From contig NC_043020.1 of the NCBI RefSeq assembly GCF_006345805.1, positions 10,540,001 through 10,604,000 of the forward strand: a DNA stretch of 64,000 nucleotides, read 5' to 3'. Positions 49,641 to 63,012 of this stretch are shown in pieces (positions within the stretch are counted from its first letter, which is position 1; the number at the start of each line of letters is the position of its first letter). The notes beneath the pieces are model-generated. The model saw only the letters and a list, made by a program, of their open reading frames with translations. It was not told where the DNA came from and made no database searches. This stretch comes from Octopus sinensis (lineage: Eukaryota). The translations under genes and the position numbers were made by a program.

Positions 49641-50741
49641 TTTTGTAACTTGTATGAGTGACAGTGGTTAGCGCATGGCTCAGTGGTTAGCGCGTCAAGC
49701 TTACAATCGTGAGGTTGTAAGCTCGAATCCCGGACCGGGCTGTGTGTTGTGTTCTTGAGCAAGGCACTTTATTTCACATTGCTCCAGTTCACTCAGCTTT
49801 AGAAATGAGTAGCAACGTCACTGGTGCCAAGCTGTATCGACCTTTGTCTTTCCCTTGGATAACACTGGTGGCGTGGAGAGGGGAGGCCAGTATGCATGGG
49901 CGACTGCTGGTCTTCCATAAACAACCTCGCCCAGACTTGTGTCTAGGAGGGTAACTTTCTAGGTGCAATCCCATGGTCTGTGTCATGACCGAAGGGGGTC
50001 TCCGATGAGTGACAGATTCATTTTCAGCAAACATTCCTTTGAGATTCCAAACTATGTTTCATTAACCAAAAGTTCTCAGAAGGCAACCTTCCAGAAAACC
50101 ACAAATATGTCAACAAATGTTTTGTTTCATAGTGACACCAAAGATTGTACTCTTTCAAAAGAGCAACACTTTCTTTGCATATCATGCAACTAACTTTCTC
50201 ATTGTATTCATAAAGAAGTACTTTTCTCACCATTCTTCAGTGAAAAAGCAATACTCGGCATCTACTTTTCTATTATTATGAAGTAAACCGGATCTGAAAA
50301 TGAAAGACAAGTGTTTACTCAGACTCTGAATATTCTACCAGAAACCTTAAAGAAAAATAACAATTTTTCAAAATTATTTTTAGCATGCTAAATCTAAATA
50401 CAACAAACTAAAAGTCCTTGGCATTAAGCTATGTTATTATGTAAAACAGTTTTTCCTCTTAAATTACATGATTTAGCAATTTTTATAATTATAACAATAT
50501 TTAAATTTTATTATATAAGAAAAGCTTCACAAAAATTAATTAAAATCATTTTCAGTAAAAATATTAAGAATCTTTGCAAGTATAGTATTAAGAATTTGAT
50601 GCTAATTTAATTAAAATGTTCGTTAATTTAATTAAGTTGTTTTTTGAGTGTATAGCAATTAAAATATAGGGCTTAAATAAATATCAAAGTTTGAAAATAT
50701 TAGTTGTTTATCTCTTGTGAGCCTTAGTCGTCAGTCCTCTA

Positions 50742-50783
<42 letters not shown>

Positions 50784-52318
50784 ACCACTCTTTACTTTTT
50801 AATTGTTATTTTAATTTTAACTTTTCTATTATATGTAATTTTCTAGATGGTGTAATTTAATTATTCATTTTGAATTGATAAATGGTGGTTTTTTATAATA
50901 TTTTATATATATTATGTTGTGTGGAATTTGATTTAGTATTTCTAAATTGAATTCTTTTTCTTTGTAAGTTTGGATTTTATTCCCTCAAATAATAAATAAA
51001 TAAAAAAAATCTATATATATATATATATATATGAGAAAGTTGGTGTGTGAAAGCACGTGGTTGAATATATAGAAAATAGTAAAAAGTGAAAAAACTACAG
51101 AAGGCTTGTTTTAAAAGGTTAAAAAATATAAAAATATATATTTGAGTCATTATGTCTGAAGAATGTTATAAATTTTTTTCATACAATGACATAGTTTTTG
51201 AAGAAATCTACCTAACCCATGTCCAACTACTTTTACGAAAATATTTGTATTATTACATCTCACCTGTTATGCAGCACAAATCTGTGTTTCGATTGAAATA
51301 TCTTGAATTACATCAAATGTCTGTTTCAAGGCGCCTTGAAACAGGTAGATTTCTTCAAAAACTATGTCATTGTATGAAAAAAATTTATAACATTCTTCAG
51401 ACATAATGACTCAAATATATATTTTTATATTTTTTAACCTTTTAAAACAAGCCTTCTGTAGTTTTTTCACTTTTTACTATTTTCTATATATATATATGCA
51501 CACAAACACTTGTAACATTTATGTAGGTGCTTAAAATTTCCTTTTATAAAGATACAGCATAGGTTATTGACATTGATTTCATTCTGAAACTTAACATTAA
51601 CTTGCTTGGAGAGTGTTGTAAAAGTTTTAGTAAGCTTCTAATACAATGTGTATTTATTATCAATATGCATCCAGACATGACATACACTCAGACACACCCA
51701 AACATTCAAATAGAAACACAGCCAATTGTATTTGTATCTTTTCTCACTCAAATTTGACACCTCAACATATTTACATTATCAAAATATCTTCGCCTTATAA
51801 TTAGTACATTTAACTAATTGCTTCAATGTCTCCCCAATTAAGCTTTCACTGTAATTAGTACATTTAACTAATTGCTTCAATGTCTCCCCAATTAAGCTTT
51901 CACTGTAAACCAAATACTAACCGGTTTTCAGTTAATCATTTTCTACCTGATATTTTTTACCTTTAATTTGTTTAAGTCATAGGACTGTGGCCATGCTGGG
52001 GCAGAGCCTACAAGGGTTTAGTCAGTAAACTGAGAACAGGACTAATGTTTGAAGTCTGGCATTTATACTATCAGTTGCTTTTGACAAACTGCTAAGTTAT
52101 AGGGACTTAATGCCTTTGTGCATATGTGTGAGCACAAAGGCATACACACACATATATATATACATACATACATTTACTATCTAAAATATATATTATGTAT
52201 ATTCACATACACATACACATATATATACATATACACACAGATTATATATATATATATATATATATATATTCATATACACACAGATATGTGTATATATATA
52301 TACATATATATATATATA

Positions 52319-52359
<41 letters not shown>

Positions 52360-52567
52360 TCTCTTACTCTTTTACTTGTTTCAATCATTTGACTGCGGCC
52401 ATGCTGGAGCACCGCCTTTAGTCGAGGAAATCGACCCTGGGACTTATTCTTTGTAAGCCCAGTACTGATTCTATCGGTCTCTTTTGCCGAACTGCTAAGT
52501 GACGGGGACGTAAACACACCAGCATCAGTTGTCAAGCAATGCTAGGGGGACAAACACAGACACACAA

Positions 52568-52598
<31 letters not shown>

Positions 52599-53885
52599 CA
52601 TATATACGACAGGCTTCTTTCAGTTTCCATCTACCAAATCCACTCACAAGGCATTGATCGGCCCGGGGCTATAGCAGAAGACACTTGCCCAAGATGCCAC
52701 ACAGTGGGACTGAACCCGCAACCATGTGGTTGGTTAGCAAGCTACTTACCACACAGCCACTCCTGCGCCTATATACATATATATTTATATAATGACAATT
52801 TAATAAATAAAACATATGCATACATACATACATATATGTACATACCTAGATCTATATGTATATATACATGCCTATATGGGTACAGGACACCACAAAATAA
52901 ATGTAGAACACGATGAGAAACGAAAACATAAAAACAAACAAGGTAACAGACTTTTTTTTAACAACGAATAAACAGAGAACAAGACATACAACACAAGGAA
53001 CATTCCCCTTCTTCAGCTGCCCCTGTTTCGACTCATTGCATGGGATCACAACATAATAGAGCTGTCTCTGTTATAGACCAAAAGTAGCCAGAGACATACA
53101 GCCTAAAGGAAGCACCCAAAATCTCTCCAATCTGAACTTCCACAAAGCAGACTGGAAATTGATCGAAAAAGAGATCCTCAGACAAGACTGGCTGAAATGT
53201 CTTTACCACCCTGTTGGAACACAGACAAGTGAACAAACCAGTGGATTTCTTTGCTGCCTCACCTATAACCAGTGAGGCAATTACAATGGATTGCATCAGC
53301 ATGACTTTTGACCAGGTAGGAGCTGCCTGACACAGCTCTTACAGCACTATGACTGGGTGTTGCGGCAGTATAATAATATAATAATAATAATAATAATAAT
53401 ATGATGATGATGATGAAGAAGAAGAAGAATGATAATAACAAGAGCATTCAGAGAGCGCAAACCTCCACCAAGGCAACACCAACATCCTCTCAATGATTAG
53501 CCAGAGATGATTTTTGAAATGAGAATATCAGAAATAAACATAACTGCTCTCACAAGCATGAATACTAAAATCTAACCTGACCACTCTCAAAAATTAAGTA
53601 AAAAAGCTGGAAAAATAATCCAGAATCCTTGTCTGGTACCTGGTCGATCCCAACAGTAGTCATGGAATGTGGAAGGTGGCTGTAGAAAATTTAGTAACAG
53701 TAATAGATAGTTTATCCTTATCTAACACAAACCAAAGTTAACAAATTCACCATTCAAAATAGTTTGAAAGGCAGAGGCAATAATAAGTTCTACTCAGGAA
53801 TTTTTAAATGAATAGCATGAAACCTTTTGGTTTTTCTTCTCTTAAATTCTGTCCTTCCTTTAGCTTTCCTGTTGTTTTAGATCAA

Positions 53886-53932
<47 letters not shown>

Positions 53933-53933
<1 letters not shown>

Positions 53934-54290
53934 TAGCAGTATCGCCCGGCGTTGCTCGGGTTTGTAAGGGAAATAACTATAAAGCATTTTTAGAGAGTTA
54001 TAGCCAAAAAATGGGAAAAAAATTATGGTAAATTTTTTTTAGTTAAAAAGGTCGAGTTGCGTCCCCTAGACAGTCTGTGGTTTGTGTTTCTGATTTTGGA
54101 CCCCATGTCGAATTTATCGATTTTTTTCAGAACTGGGGAAACTTTTCAAAATTTTCGCTGCGTTAGTTTTGAATTATGACATTGGGCTATGTGTGTGTCA
54201 AGTTTCATCAGAATCGGTTGAAAGCCGTGGTCAGGGTGAGTGTACAACCTAACAGACACTCAGAAACACACACAGACAAACTGCCGTTTA
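53933..54290 (-). mobile_element. Non-autonomous Helitron sharing its 3' end with 21858-22255
   Basis: CTAG terminus and CCCGAGCAACGCCGGG hairpin on the minus strand; internal sequence differs. Confidence 0.8.
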
Positions 54291-55526
54291 TATATATATA
54301 TATATATATTTATTTATATGTAAGTATCCTCTAAAGTGTTAACATGTATGCAAAAAATATATAATATATATATTATAAAAATGTTAGTTTTATTTAATTT
54401 CTGAATGGTTTTGCTGCCGTTTGTTTGTGTAGTTTGATTTCTTTATCCATCAATTTCCACCAAGATAGAAGTAACTATAAGTAAAATTAATAATAGAGAA
54501 ACGAAAATAAAACTTTGGAAACAGCCTAAAGCGAGATCATTGAGAAAGACTTGAAAGTCAAAAGAAGATTGTACTCATGTAAAGTAAATATAACAAATAA
54601 TCTAGAATCCTTGTCCGGAACCGGATCAATTCCAAAATGTAATCAGTTCATACCAGTCACGATGCTAAACATCCCTGAAAGTTTCATCTGAATCCCTCCT
54701 GTGGTTCTTGAGATATCTTGTCCACAGACAAACAAACAAACACAACTGAAAACAATACCTCTGTCTTCGCTAAGGTGGTGGTAATAACAATAATAACAAC
54801 AACATAACAATATCAAGTGCCACGAGTTACCTAGCACTATGATTCATCAATACACCTCAGTAATAATTCCAACATGTGAGTGGAGGCGCAATGGCCCAGT
54901 GGTTAGGGCAGCGGACTCGCGGTCGTAGGATCGCGGTTTCGATTCCCAGACCAGGCGTTGTGAGTGTTTATTGAGCGAAAACACCTAAAGCTCCACGAGG
55001 CTCCGGCAGGGGATGGTGGTGATCCCTGCTGTACTCTTTCACCACAACTTTCTCTCACTCATACTTCCTGTTTCTGTTATACCTGTATTTCAAAGAGCCG
55101 GCCTTGTCACTCTCTGTGTCACGCTGAATATCCCCTGAGAACTACGTTAAGGGTGCACGTGTCTGTGGAGTGCTCAACCACTTACACGTTAATTTCACGA
55201 GCAGGCTGTTCCGTTGATTCGGATCAACCAGAACCCTCGTCGGCCCAGATAGATAGGGGGAATTGGAAGTGGGGAGAGGGGGAAGAGAAGGTGCTAATAT
55301 AAAGGTATGGGCTACTGCTGTGATGATGGTTAGAGCCCATCCCTATTTAATAAGTACAATAAGGATTGCATTTATTGTGTAACATCATGCGTTACCAAAT
55401 ACTGAATCATATGTAACATACGAAATAAAGACGAACAATTTCAAGCCCATGTTCTTTTCTTCTACTTATATACACATATCTATTTATTTACTTAATATAT
55501 ATATTTTCTTCTTGTTTTCTTTATAG

Positions 55527-55720
55527 CCTCAGTATAAACAGCTTATCGTCTGCTACTCAGTTTACTATCCACCACTATGCCGGCAGAGTTACGTATGATG
55601 CTTCAACATTTATTGCCAGAAACAAGAACACCATTTCAGATGACGTGGTCTGGATATTCTCCCAGGAAAACTGCGCATTTGGTTTTGGAACGCATTTGTT
55701 CTACCAGGAAATTGGAGATG
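55527..55720 (+). CDS. dachs: Dachs-like myosin exon (CLSINSLSSATQFTIHHYAGRVTYDASTFIARNKNTISDDVVWIFSQENCAFGFGTHLFYQEIGD), phase 2-1
   Basis: ttatag acceptor, gttaat donor; F.I.HYAG.V.Y motif plus C.FGF.THLF, which I recall as Dachs-typical. Confidence 0.93.
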
Positions 55721-56250
55721 GTTAATATTACTTTATTGTTATCATCATCATCATCATCATCATCATTATTGTTGTTGTTATTATCACTAGCAGAAAGATT
55801 GCTCACCAGGTGGGTTTCTGCTAGTCACTAAATGACATTTGATTCCCCATTTGTGCCGCCTATTGATATGTTGTGTCTAGTTTTCTTTTGTATCTTTTCT
55901 TCACCACACTCACTAAATAACTACAGAAGTGTGTCCCCACCTCACGCCACCCCTCTGATTTGTTTCCTCACAACTTTCAGAAAAAGGAGTATTTTTTTGT
56001 GTCATGAAATTTTCTACGAGTTTCTTTTACATTGGAATTTAATGTACAAAAAACGAAAAAACTTGGAAGAAGGAGGTGACATTTCATGCATCTCAGCATT
56101 GTTTTCTTACTCATTTTGGTAATGTAGATTATAATCATGCGGAAAAATAATTCCCCTGCCTCTATAACAGTGACTCTAACATCTATCATATGACATCAGG
56201 TCAAGGAGACACAAATATACACACACATACACATGTAATGTACATATGAG

Positions 56251-56284
<34 letters not shown>

Positions 56285-56416
56285 TTTTATTTATATATAG
56301 AGGGCATTATTATACATACATGCCACACGCTAAGAGGGACATTAGTCATTTCTACCAAAAATTTTACTAATCCTACCAAATGCAATTCTTCAAAGCAAGA
56401 CATTTAAAAAAAATTA

Positions 56417-56465
56417 AGTCTTGTATCACCTGTGATTTCGTACTTACGTACTCATCAGCAAGACT
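56417..56465 (-). ncRNA. Type I hammerhead ribozyme, canonical core
   Basis: Minus strand AGUCUUG CUGAUGA GUAC GUAA GUAC GAAA UCAC AG GUGA U A CAAGACU: 7-bp stem I, 4-bp stem II with GNRA loop, stem III, AUA cleavage triplet. Confidence 0.88.
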
Positions 56466-56539
56466 GGTTCTGAACGTATCATAAATAAACGAACTGTCTC
56501 GTCGGAGCCCAACAGCCAACTGCTAAACCCAATTGTTAA

Positions 56540-56570
<31 letters not shown>

Positions 56571-57200
56571 CATAATACAAAATGGGACAAGAACGCAAAA
56601 CATCCAGATAGACAATACAAAGAAAACATGGACGGGTCATTCGAAGCTCCCCCTCTTCAGTCAAGCACCAGATTATCTTTGCAATTTCGGCTGATTGTTC
56701 TTGAGATTGCTCCAATTTGGCCAGCCCCAAGGAAAAACTAAGCTAAGAGCATTAGATTCCTTGGAAGAAAGCAGCGAATGTATACAAAAACAAGGACGGA
56801 AAAAACGGACAATTTTACACAAATATAAATGCAATAAAAGAATAAAAATAAAAATAAGAACAGGACATAACATATATATACATATATATATCATCATCGT
56901 TTAACGTCCGCTTTCCATGCTAGCATGGGCTGGATGATTTGACTGAGGTCTGGCGAACCAGATGGCTGCACCAGACTCCAATCTCATTTGGCAGAGTTTC
57001 TATAGCTTGATGCCCTTCCTAACGCCAACCACTCTGAGAGTGTAGTGGGTGCTTTTATGTGCCACCAGCACGAGGGCCAGTCAGGTGCTACTGGCAACGG
57101 CCACGCTCAAATGGTGCTTTTTATGTGCCACCTGCACAGGAGCCAGTCCAGTGGCACTGGCAACGACCTTGCTTGAATGCTTTTTTTCACGTGCCACCAT

Positions 57201-57259
<59 letters not shown>

Positions 57260-57599
57260 TAAGAATATTTTAATAACACCTAGATGAAGGTGCTTTTTCT
57301 TCTACCTACAAAAATGAGTGGAGTTTTGGTCAGAAGGAATGGATGTCATAAGACAGTATCCAATGGTCATGAGGTATTTCAACCCTGAACTGTAACATCC
57401 TCCCGTAGGTGGGTGAGCAGAGGTGGCTCAATCAGTTCTTCATTTCCTTCTGGCTTCCAGCTTAAAATCCTCTTTCTTGCTCCATAACCAAGAGGCTCTT
57501 TCAGCTAACCCTCTCACCCTGTGCACAGCCACCCTTCACTCCTGTCCTCTCATTCCAATGGCTTTCAGTGTTGTCCATACCTTTAATTATTATTATCAT

Positions 57600-58290
57600 T
57601 ATTGTTATTATTATTATTGAGTGAGAGAGCATTGCATGCCATCAAACTGACCCTGGGGTAAATATACGAAGCCCAGTATACCCATCATGACTACCCGTCT
57701 GATAAGGGTACACTAGGCACATGCATCACAACCATATGAGCGCGGCATGGTGATCCCATATCAAGATAAACAGCACATGACCTTGCAGGTGGGGCCCAGT
57801 TAGAATTTTCTGCTGGTCAAGTAACCCATCCCGCTCAAAAGGTCCCTGAATAATGGTTGTTTAAGGATGTTGAACGAAACACCCATGTTTCGAGAGGTGA
57901 ATTATTCAAACCCCAATTATTATCATTATTATTATTATTATTATTATTGAGTGAGAGAGCATTGCATGCCATCAAACTGACACTGGGGTAAATATACGAA
58001 GCCCAGTATACCCATCATGACTACCTGTCTGATAAGGGTACACTAGGCACATGCATCACAACCATATGAGCGCAGCATGGTGATCCCATATCAAGATAAA
58101 CAGCACATGACCTTGCAGGTGGAGCCCAGTTAGAATTTTCTGCTGGTCGAGTAACCCATCCCGCTCAAAAGGTCCCTGAGTAAGAGTTGTTTAAGGATGT
58201 TGAACGAAACACCCATGTTTCGAGAGGTGAATTATTCAAACCCCAATTATTATTATTATTATTATTATTATCATCATTATAATTATTATT
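57600..58290 (-). repeat. Tandem pair (~330-bp period) of a SINE-like element with (AAT)n tail
   Basis: Two near-identical units; the same family occurs at 39940-40230(+). Confidence 0.85.
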
Positions 58291-59054
58291 ATTATTATTA
58301 TTATTTTTTGTACATGAACGTTTATTGGGTATAGCATCTGACACTGAATTATTACTTGAATTTTCTAACTTCTTTAATGGTAATCATAATCATCACTGTC
58401 ATCATCATCACCATTGTCATCATCATTGTACTCATTACTATCATCATCACCACCAACATCATTATCCTCATTTTAACGTCTACTTTTCCATGCTTGCATG
58501 GGTTGGACAAGAGCATATCGGGGCAGAGTTTTCTACAGCCAAATGCCCTTCCTATTGCCCCCCCCCACCACCGCTATTTGTTACCGAGTGAGGTATCTTA
58601 GCCCCCAGTCTATCAAACAACAAACAGCCTGGATATGCTTACATGGAGAACTGGAAACGAATGACACTAAAAACAAGGCCCTTGTTTACAACCAGCAGAC
58701 ACATGTGTAGACAAGGAGACTATGGTTTCAGTGTCACAGACACTGTCTCCCTCACACACACACCACATGCATTTACAAACATTACACACCTCCCTCCTTC
58801 CATAACCTCTCCTCCTCTACCCTCTACACCTCTTCCTAAACCCAGTATCCACTCTATGCACACACACACACACACATGTGCGCATTGCTTCCCAACCCCT
58901 CCCAAACCCCTACCTCCTGTCACCCCTATTCCACCTCCAACCTCTATGCAGGTCAACCCACATACAACCCTCAACAACACACACATCAAATAGCTTATCT
59001 CACACACACACACACACACACATACACATACACACACATACAACGCACACACAT

Positions 59055-59087
<33 letters not shown>

Positions 59088-59172
59088 TATATACATATAC
59101 ACACACACACATATACACACACGCACATATATACATATACACGCACACACATATACACACACGCACACACAT

Positions 59173-59203
<31 letters not shown>

Positions 59204-59995
59204 ACACACATATACACACATACATGCACACACACATACACACACACACACACACACACATGCACATACCTTTCCACACATGCACAATCACAGAGAGAAA
59301 AACATGTCCACTCGTTGAAGTGAAATAATTCTGTCTTAGTGTTATAATGTGATACAAGCGTGGTTTTTGTAAATAACAGTTGGCATGGGGTCCAAGCCTG
59401 GGGTGAATTTTAAAGCTGACGAAAGAAACAGGAAAAAATTTTTAAAATCATTGTTTTTTGCGTAGCAATTTTGAAGTATTAGCCTCTAGAGGAAGTCTGT
59501 ACTTCAATCTAAAGTTTCATCACCTCCTCCCTACCACACATACTTAAATTATAAAGTAGACCTCTTAAGTATATTATTCCTCAAAGGAGTCATTTTTATT
59601 TTGCTTCTCTTTCACTTTTCAGTTTTTGTTCTTGATTTGGTTTCTACAGGTATTATCAAATATCTCTCAACTAAAAATCAAATTTATTAACCTGATAAAT
59701 ATACAAACATACCAAGTTAGTGGTCGCTGCATTGGCACTCACAATTGCATCACTGTGGTCTCAGTTCCTGGACTGCGGGACACGTTGTGTTTTTATAGCA
59801 AAACACTTCATTTCACATTGCTCCAGTCCACTCACCTGTAAATGAATGACACTGTGATGGACTTGTACCCTGTTCAGGGGCTCACCTAGCCAGTTGGGTT
59901 GCAACATTCGAAAGCTAAAACAATGCAAGGAAGTCCATTGTGATAAGTGATGTATACCAATATGCAATAATCTTGATGATACAGTGATATATACA

Positions 59996-60031
<36 letters not shown>

Positions 60032-60040
60032 TATATATAC

Positions 60041-60103
<63 letters not shown>

Positions 60104-61217
60104 ATATATATTGTTGTATTTCAGAATGGTCATTTTGCCAGTTTAGCCAATAAAAACACACGCACTATATATTTGGTGGGTGTTACTTTGCTTCAGTGTT
60201 ATTTATTTTTTACATTAATCTTAATCTTATTTCGGCCAGAGTTCTAGAGTTCTTTTGTCACACTCCTGTGACCGCATCAGTGGTCCTTTGCTTTCTTCTT
60301 TCTTATTTATTGGCTAAACTGGCAAAATGACCATTCCGAAATACAACAATATCTGTTTCAACACACAACTTCACATAAAAAATCTTGCACAACAAATATA
60401 TATATATATATTTAGAGATAGTTGGCCCCCTTCATCCCACCATATAAATTATAGCGCACTCAGATAAAACAAGCAATATATATAATCTTAACATCAACAA
60501 GTTTTATGAACTACTAAAAAATGAAATCACTAAAAAATACAAAATAGTAAACAAAAATGTACTTAGAACGGTAGTGATTCATGCAACAAAACTTTTCCCA
60601 CGATTGAACAATGGTCGTTCTCTGACAGCAGTTATTACATTTTCCAGATGCCTTTAGCTAGGCCGAAACAATATCGTCACCACTTGACCCTTTCTGACCT
60701 CTTCTACTTCACCAAAAGCTAGAATAGAGATAACAAGACCACCAACTAAATTTATTGTTCTCAACGATATATCTATCCTTCTGGATCTTTATATAAGAAA
60801 GAACACCCCAAGCAAAAATCAGTTAGTCACCAACCGGTGACGACTCAATGAGGTCTGGCTGACCAACCTTGGTCAGAGGGAGAAAGCAACTGTGAGACAA
60901 CACCCTGTAAATCTCAAATTTTATTTAACTTGCTTTGCGAAAGGACTGTTGCAACGAATTCGTGTCTCGCCTTTACCTTCGAAACAGAGGCGGCTAAAGA
61001 AGGGGAATTTTCCTTGTGTTGTATGTCTTTTACTCTGTTTTTCCGTTGTTTAAAAAAAATGTTCATTTCCTTGGTTTTGTTTTTATGGTTTCGTTTCTCA
61101 TTGTGTTCGACGTTTTTTTTTATGTCCTGTACCCATATATGCATGTATATATACATGTAGAGGTAGGTACGTACATATATGTATGTATATATGCATATGT
61201 TTTATTTATTATTTTGT

Positions 61218-61264
<47 letters not shown>

Positions 61265-61315
61265 TACGTATATATACATACATATATAAACATATATGTG
61301 CCTATACATATATGC

Positions 61316-61350
<35 letters not shown>

Positions 61351-61540
61351 TATATATATGTATATATATACATACATATATGCAGGAGTGGCTGTGTGGT
61401 AAGTAGCTTGCTAAACAACCACATGTTCCGGGTTCAGTCCCACTGCGTGGCATCTTGGGCAAGTGTCTTCTGCTATAGCCCCGGGCCGACCAATGCCTTG
61501 TGAGTGGATTTGGTAGACGGAAACTGAAAGAAGCCTGTCG

Positions 61541-61573
<33 letters not shown>

Positions 61574-62971
61574 GTGTGTGTGTGTGTCTGTGTTTGTCCC
61601 CCTAGCATTGCTTGACAACCGATGCTGGTGTGTTTACGTCCCCGTCACTTAGCGGTTCGGCAAAAGAGACTGATAGAATAAGTACTGGGCTTACAAAGAA
61701 TAAGTCCCGGGTCGATTTTCTCGACTAAAGGTGGTGCTCCAGCATGGCCGCAGTCAAATGACTGAAACAAGTAAAAGAAAAAAGAAAAAAAAGAAAAGAA
61801 TAGACACATGAATATGTATGTATATATATGTATATATATATGCTCATACATACATAATATATATATATATACATATATATATACTCTTTTGCTTGCTTCA
61901 GTCATGTGATTGTGGCCATGCTGGAACACCGCCTTTAGTCGAGCAAATCGACCCCAGGACTTATTCTTTTGTAAGCCTAGTACTTATTCTATCGGCCTCT
62001 TTTGCAGGGACGTAAACACACCAGCATCGGTTGTCAGCAATGCTAGGGGGACAAACACTGACAGACAAACACACACACACACACACATATATATATACAT
62101 ATATACAACGGGCTTCTTTCAGTTTCCGTCTACCAAATCCACTCACAAGGCTTTGGTCAGCCTGAGGCTATAGTAGAAGACACTTGCCCAAGGTGCCATG
62201 CAGTGGGACTGAACCTGGAACCATGTGGTTCATAAGCAAACTACGTGACACTCAGCCACTCCTATATATATATATATAATATATATATATAAATTTAGAT
62301 AGAGGTTGAAATAACCTCATTAAGGGGTAAAAATATCAAATGAATTAATACTACTGTTTTTGGGGGGTTTTTTTGTGAATAGTAATATTCATAAAATAAT
62401 TGGTTTATAAATATTCAAATTAAAATTCAGAAAATGGTGATGTAGCATTAATATAAGAGAATATGTTGAATTTTTGCAGTTAATAACTTATATCAATGCT
62501 ACATCTTCATTTTCTGAATATATATATATATATATATATACATAGGCGCAGGGGTGGCTGTGTGGTAAGTAGCTTGCTAACCAACCACATGGTTCCGTGT
62601 TCAGTCCCACTGCGTGGCATCTTGGGCAAGTGTCTTCTGCTATAGCCCCGGGCCGACCAATGCCTTGTGAGTGGATTTGGTAGACGGAAACTGAAAGAAG
62701 CCTGTCGTATATATGTATATATATGTATATATATGTATGTGTGTGTGTTTGTGTGTCTGTGTTTGTTCCCCTAGCATTGCTTGACAACCGATGCTGGTGT
62801 GTTTACGTCCCCGTCACTTAGCGGTTCGGCAAAAAGAGACCGATAGAATAAGTACTGGGATTACAAAAAGAATGAGTCCCAGGGTCGAGTTGCTCGACTA
62901 AAAGGCGGTGCCCCAGCATGGCCGCAGTCAAAATGACTGAAACAAGTAAAAGAAAAGAAAAGAAAAGAAAG

Positions 62972-63012
<41 letters not shown>

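Larger units (their letters stand above)
48064..50300 (-). mobile_element. Fragmented hAT (SPIN/GTF2IRD2-like) transposase interrupted by later insertions
   Basis: CMICKESVALLKEYNL.CHYETKH (50024-50233), DESIDLS...FQITEE (~48700-48810), VNFI...LNH.QF...DLLYHT.VRWLS (48100-48309). Confidence 0.85.

Noticed and set aside
53040-53260. Open frame LNFHKADWKLIEKEILRQDW
   Set aside because: Matches the linker region of a LINE ORF2, not a host gene; too short to classify.
55395-55435. Further hammerhead-like words (also ~25120-25145, ~56640-56690, ~60645-60675, ~60970-61000)
   Set aside because: Two or more core nucleotides or whole stems are missing; cannot be separated from chance.
59388-59700. 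Possible next myosin exons after 55720 (acceptors near 59388 and 59649)
   Set aside because: Early stop or no motor-domain similarity; not supportable.
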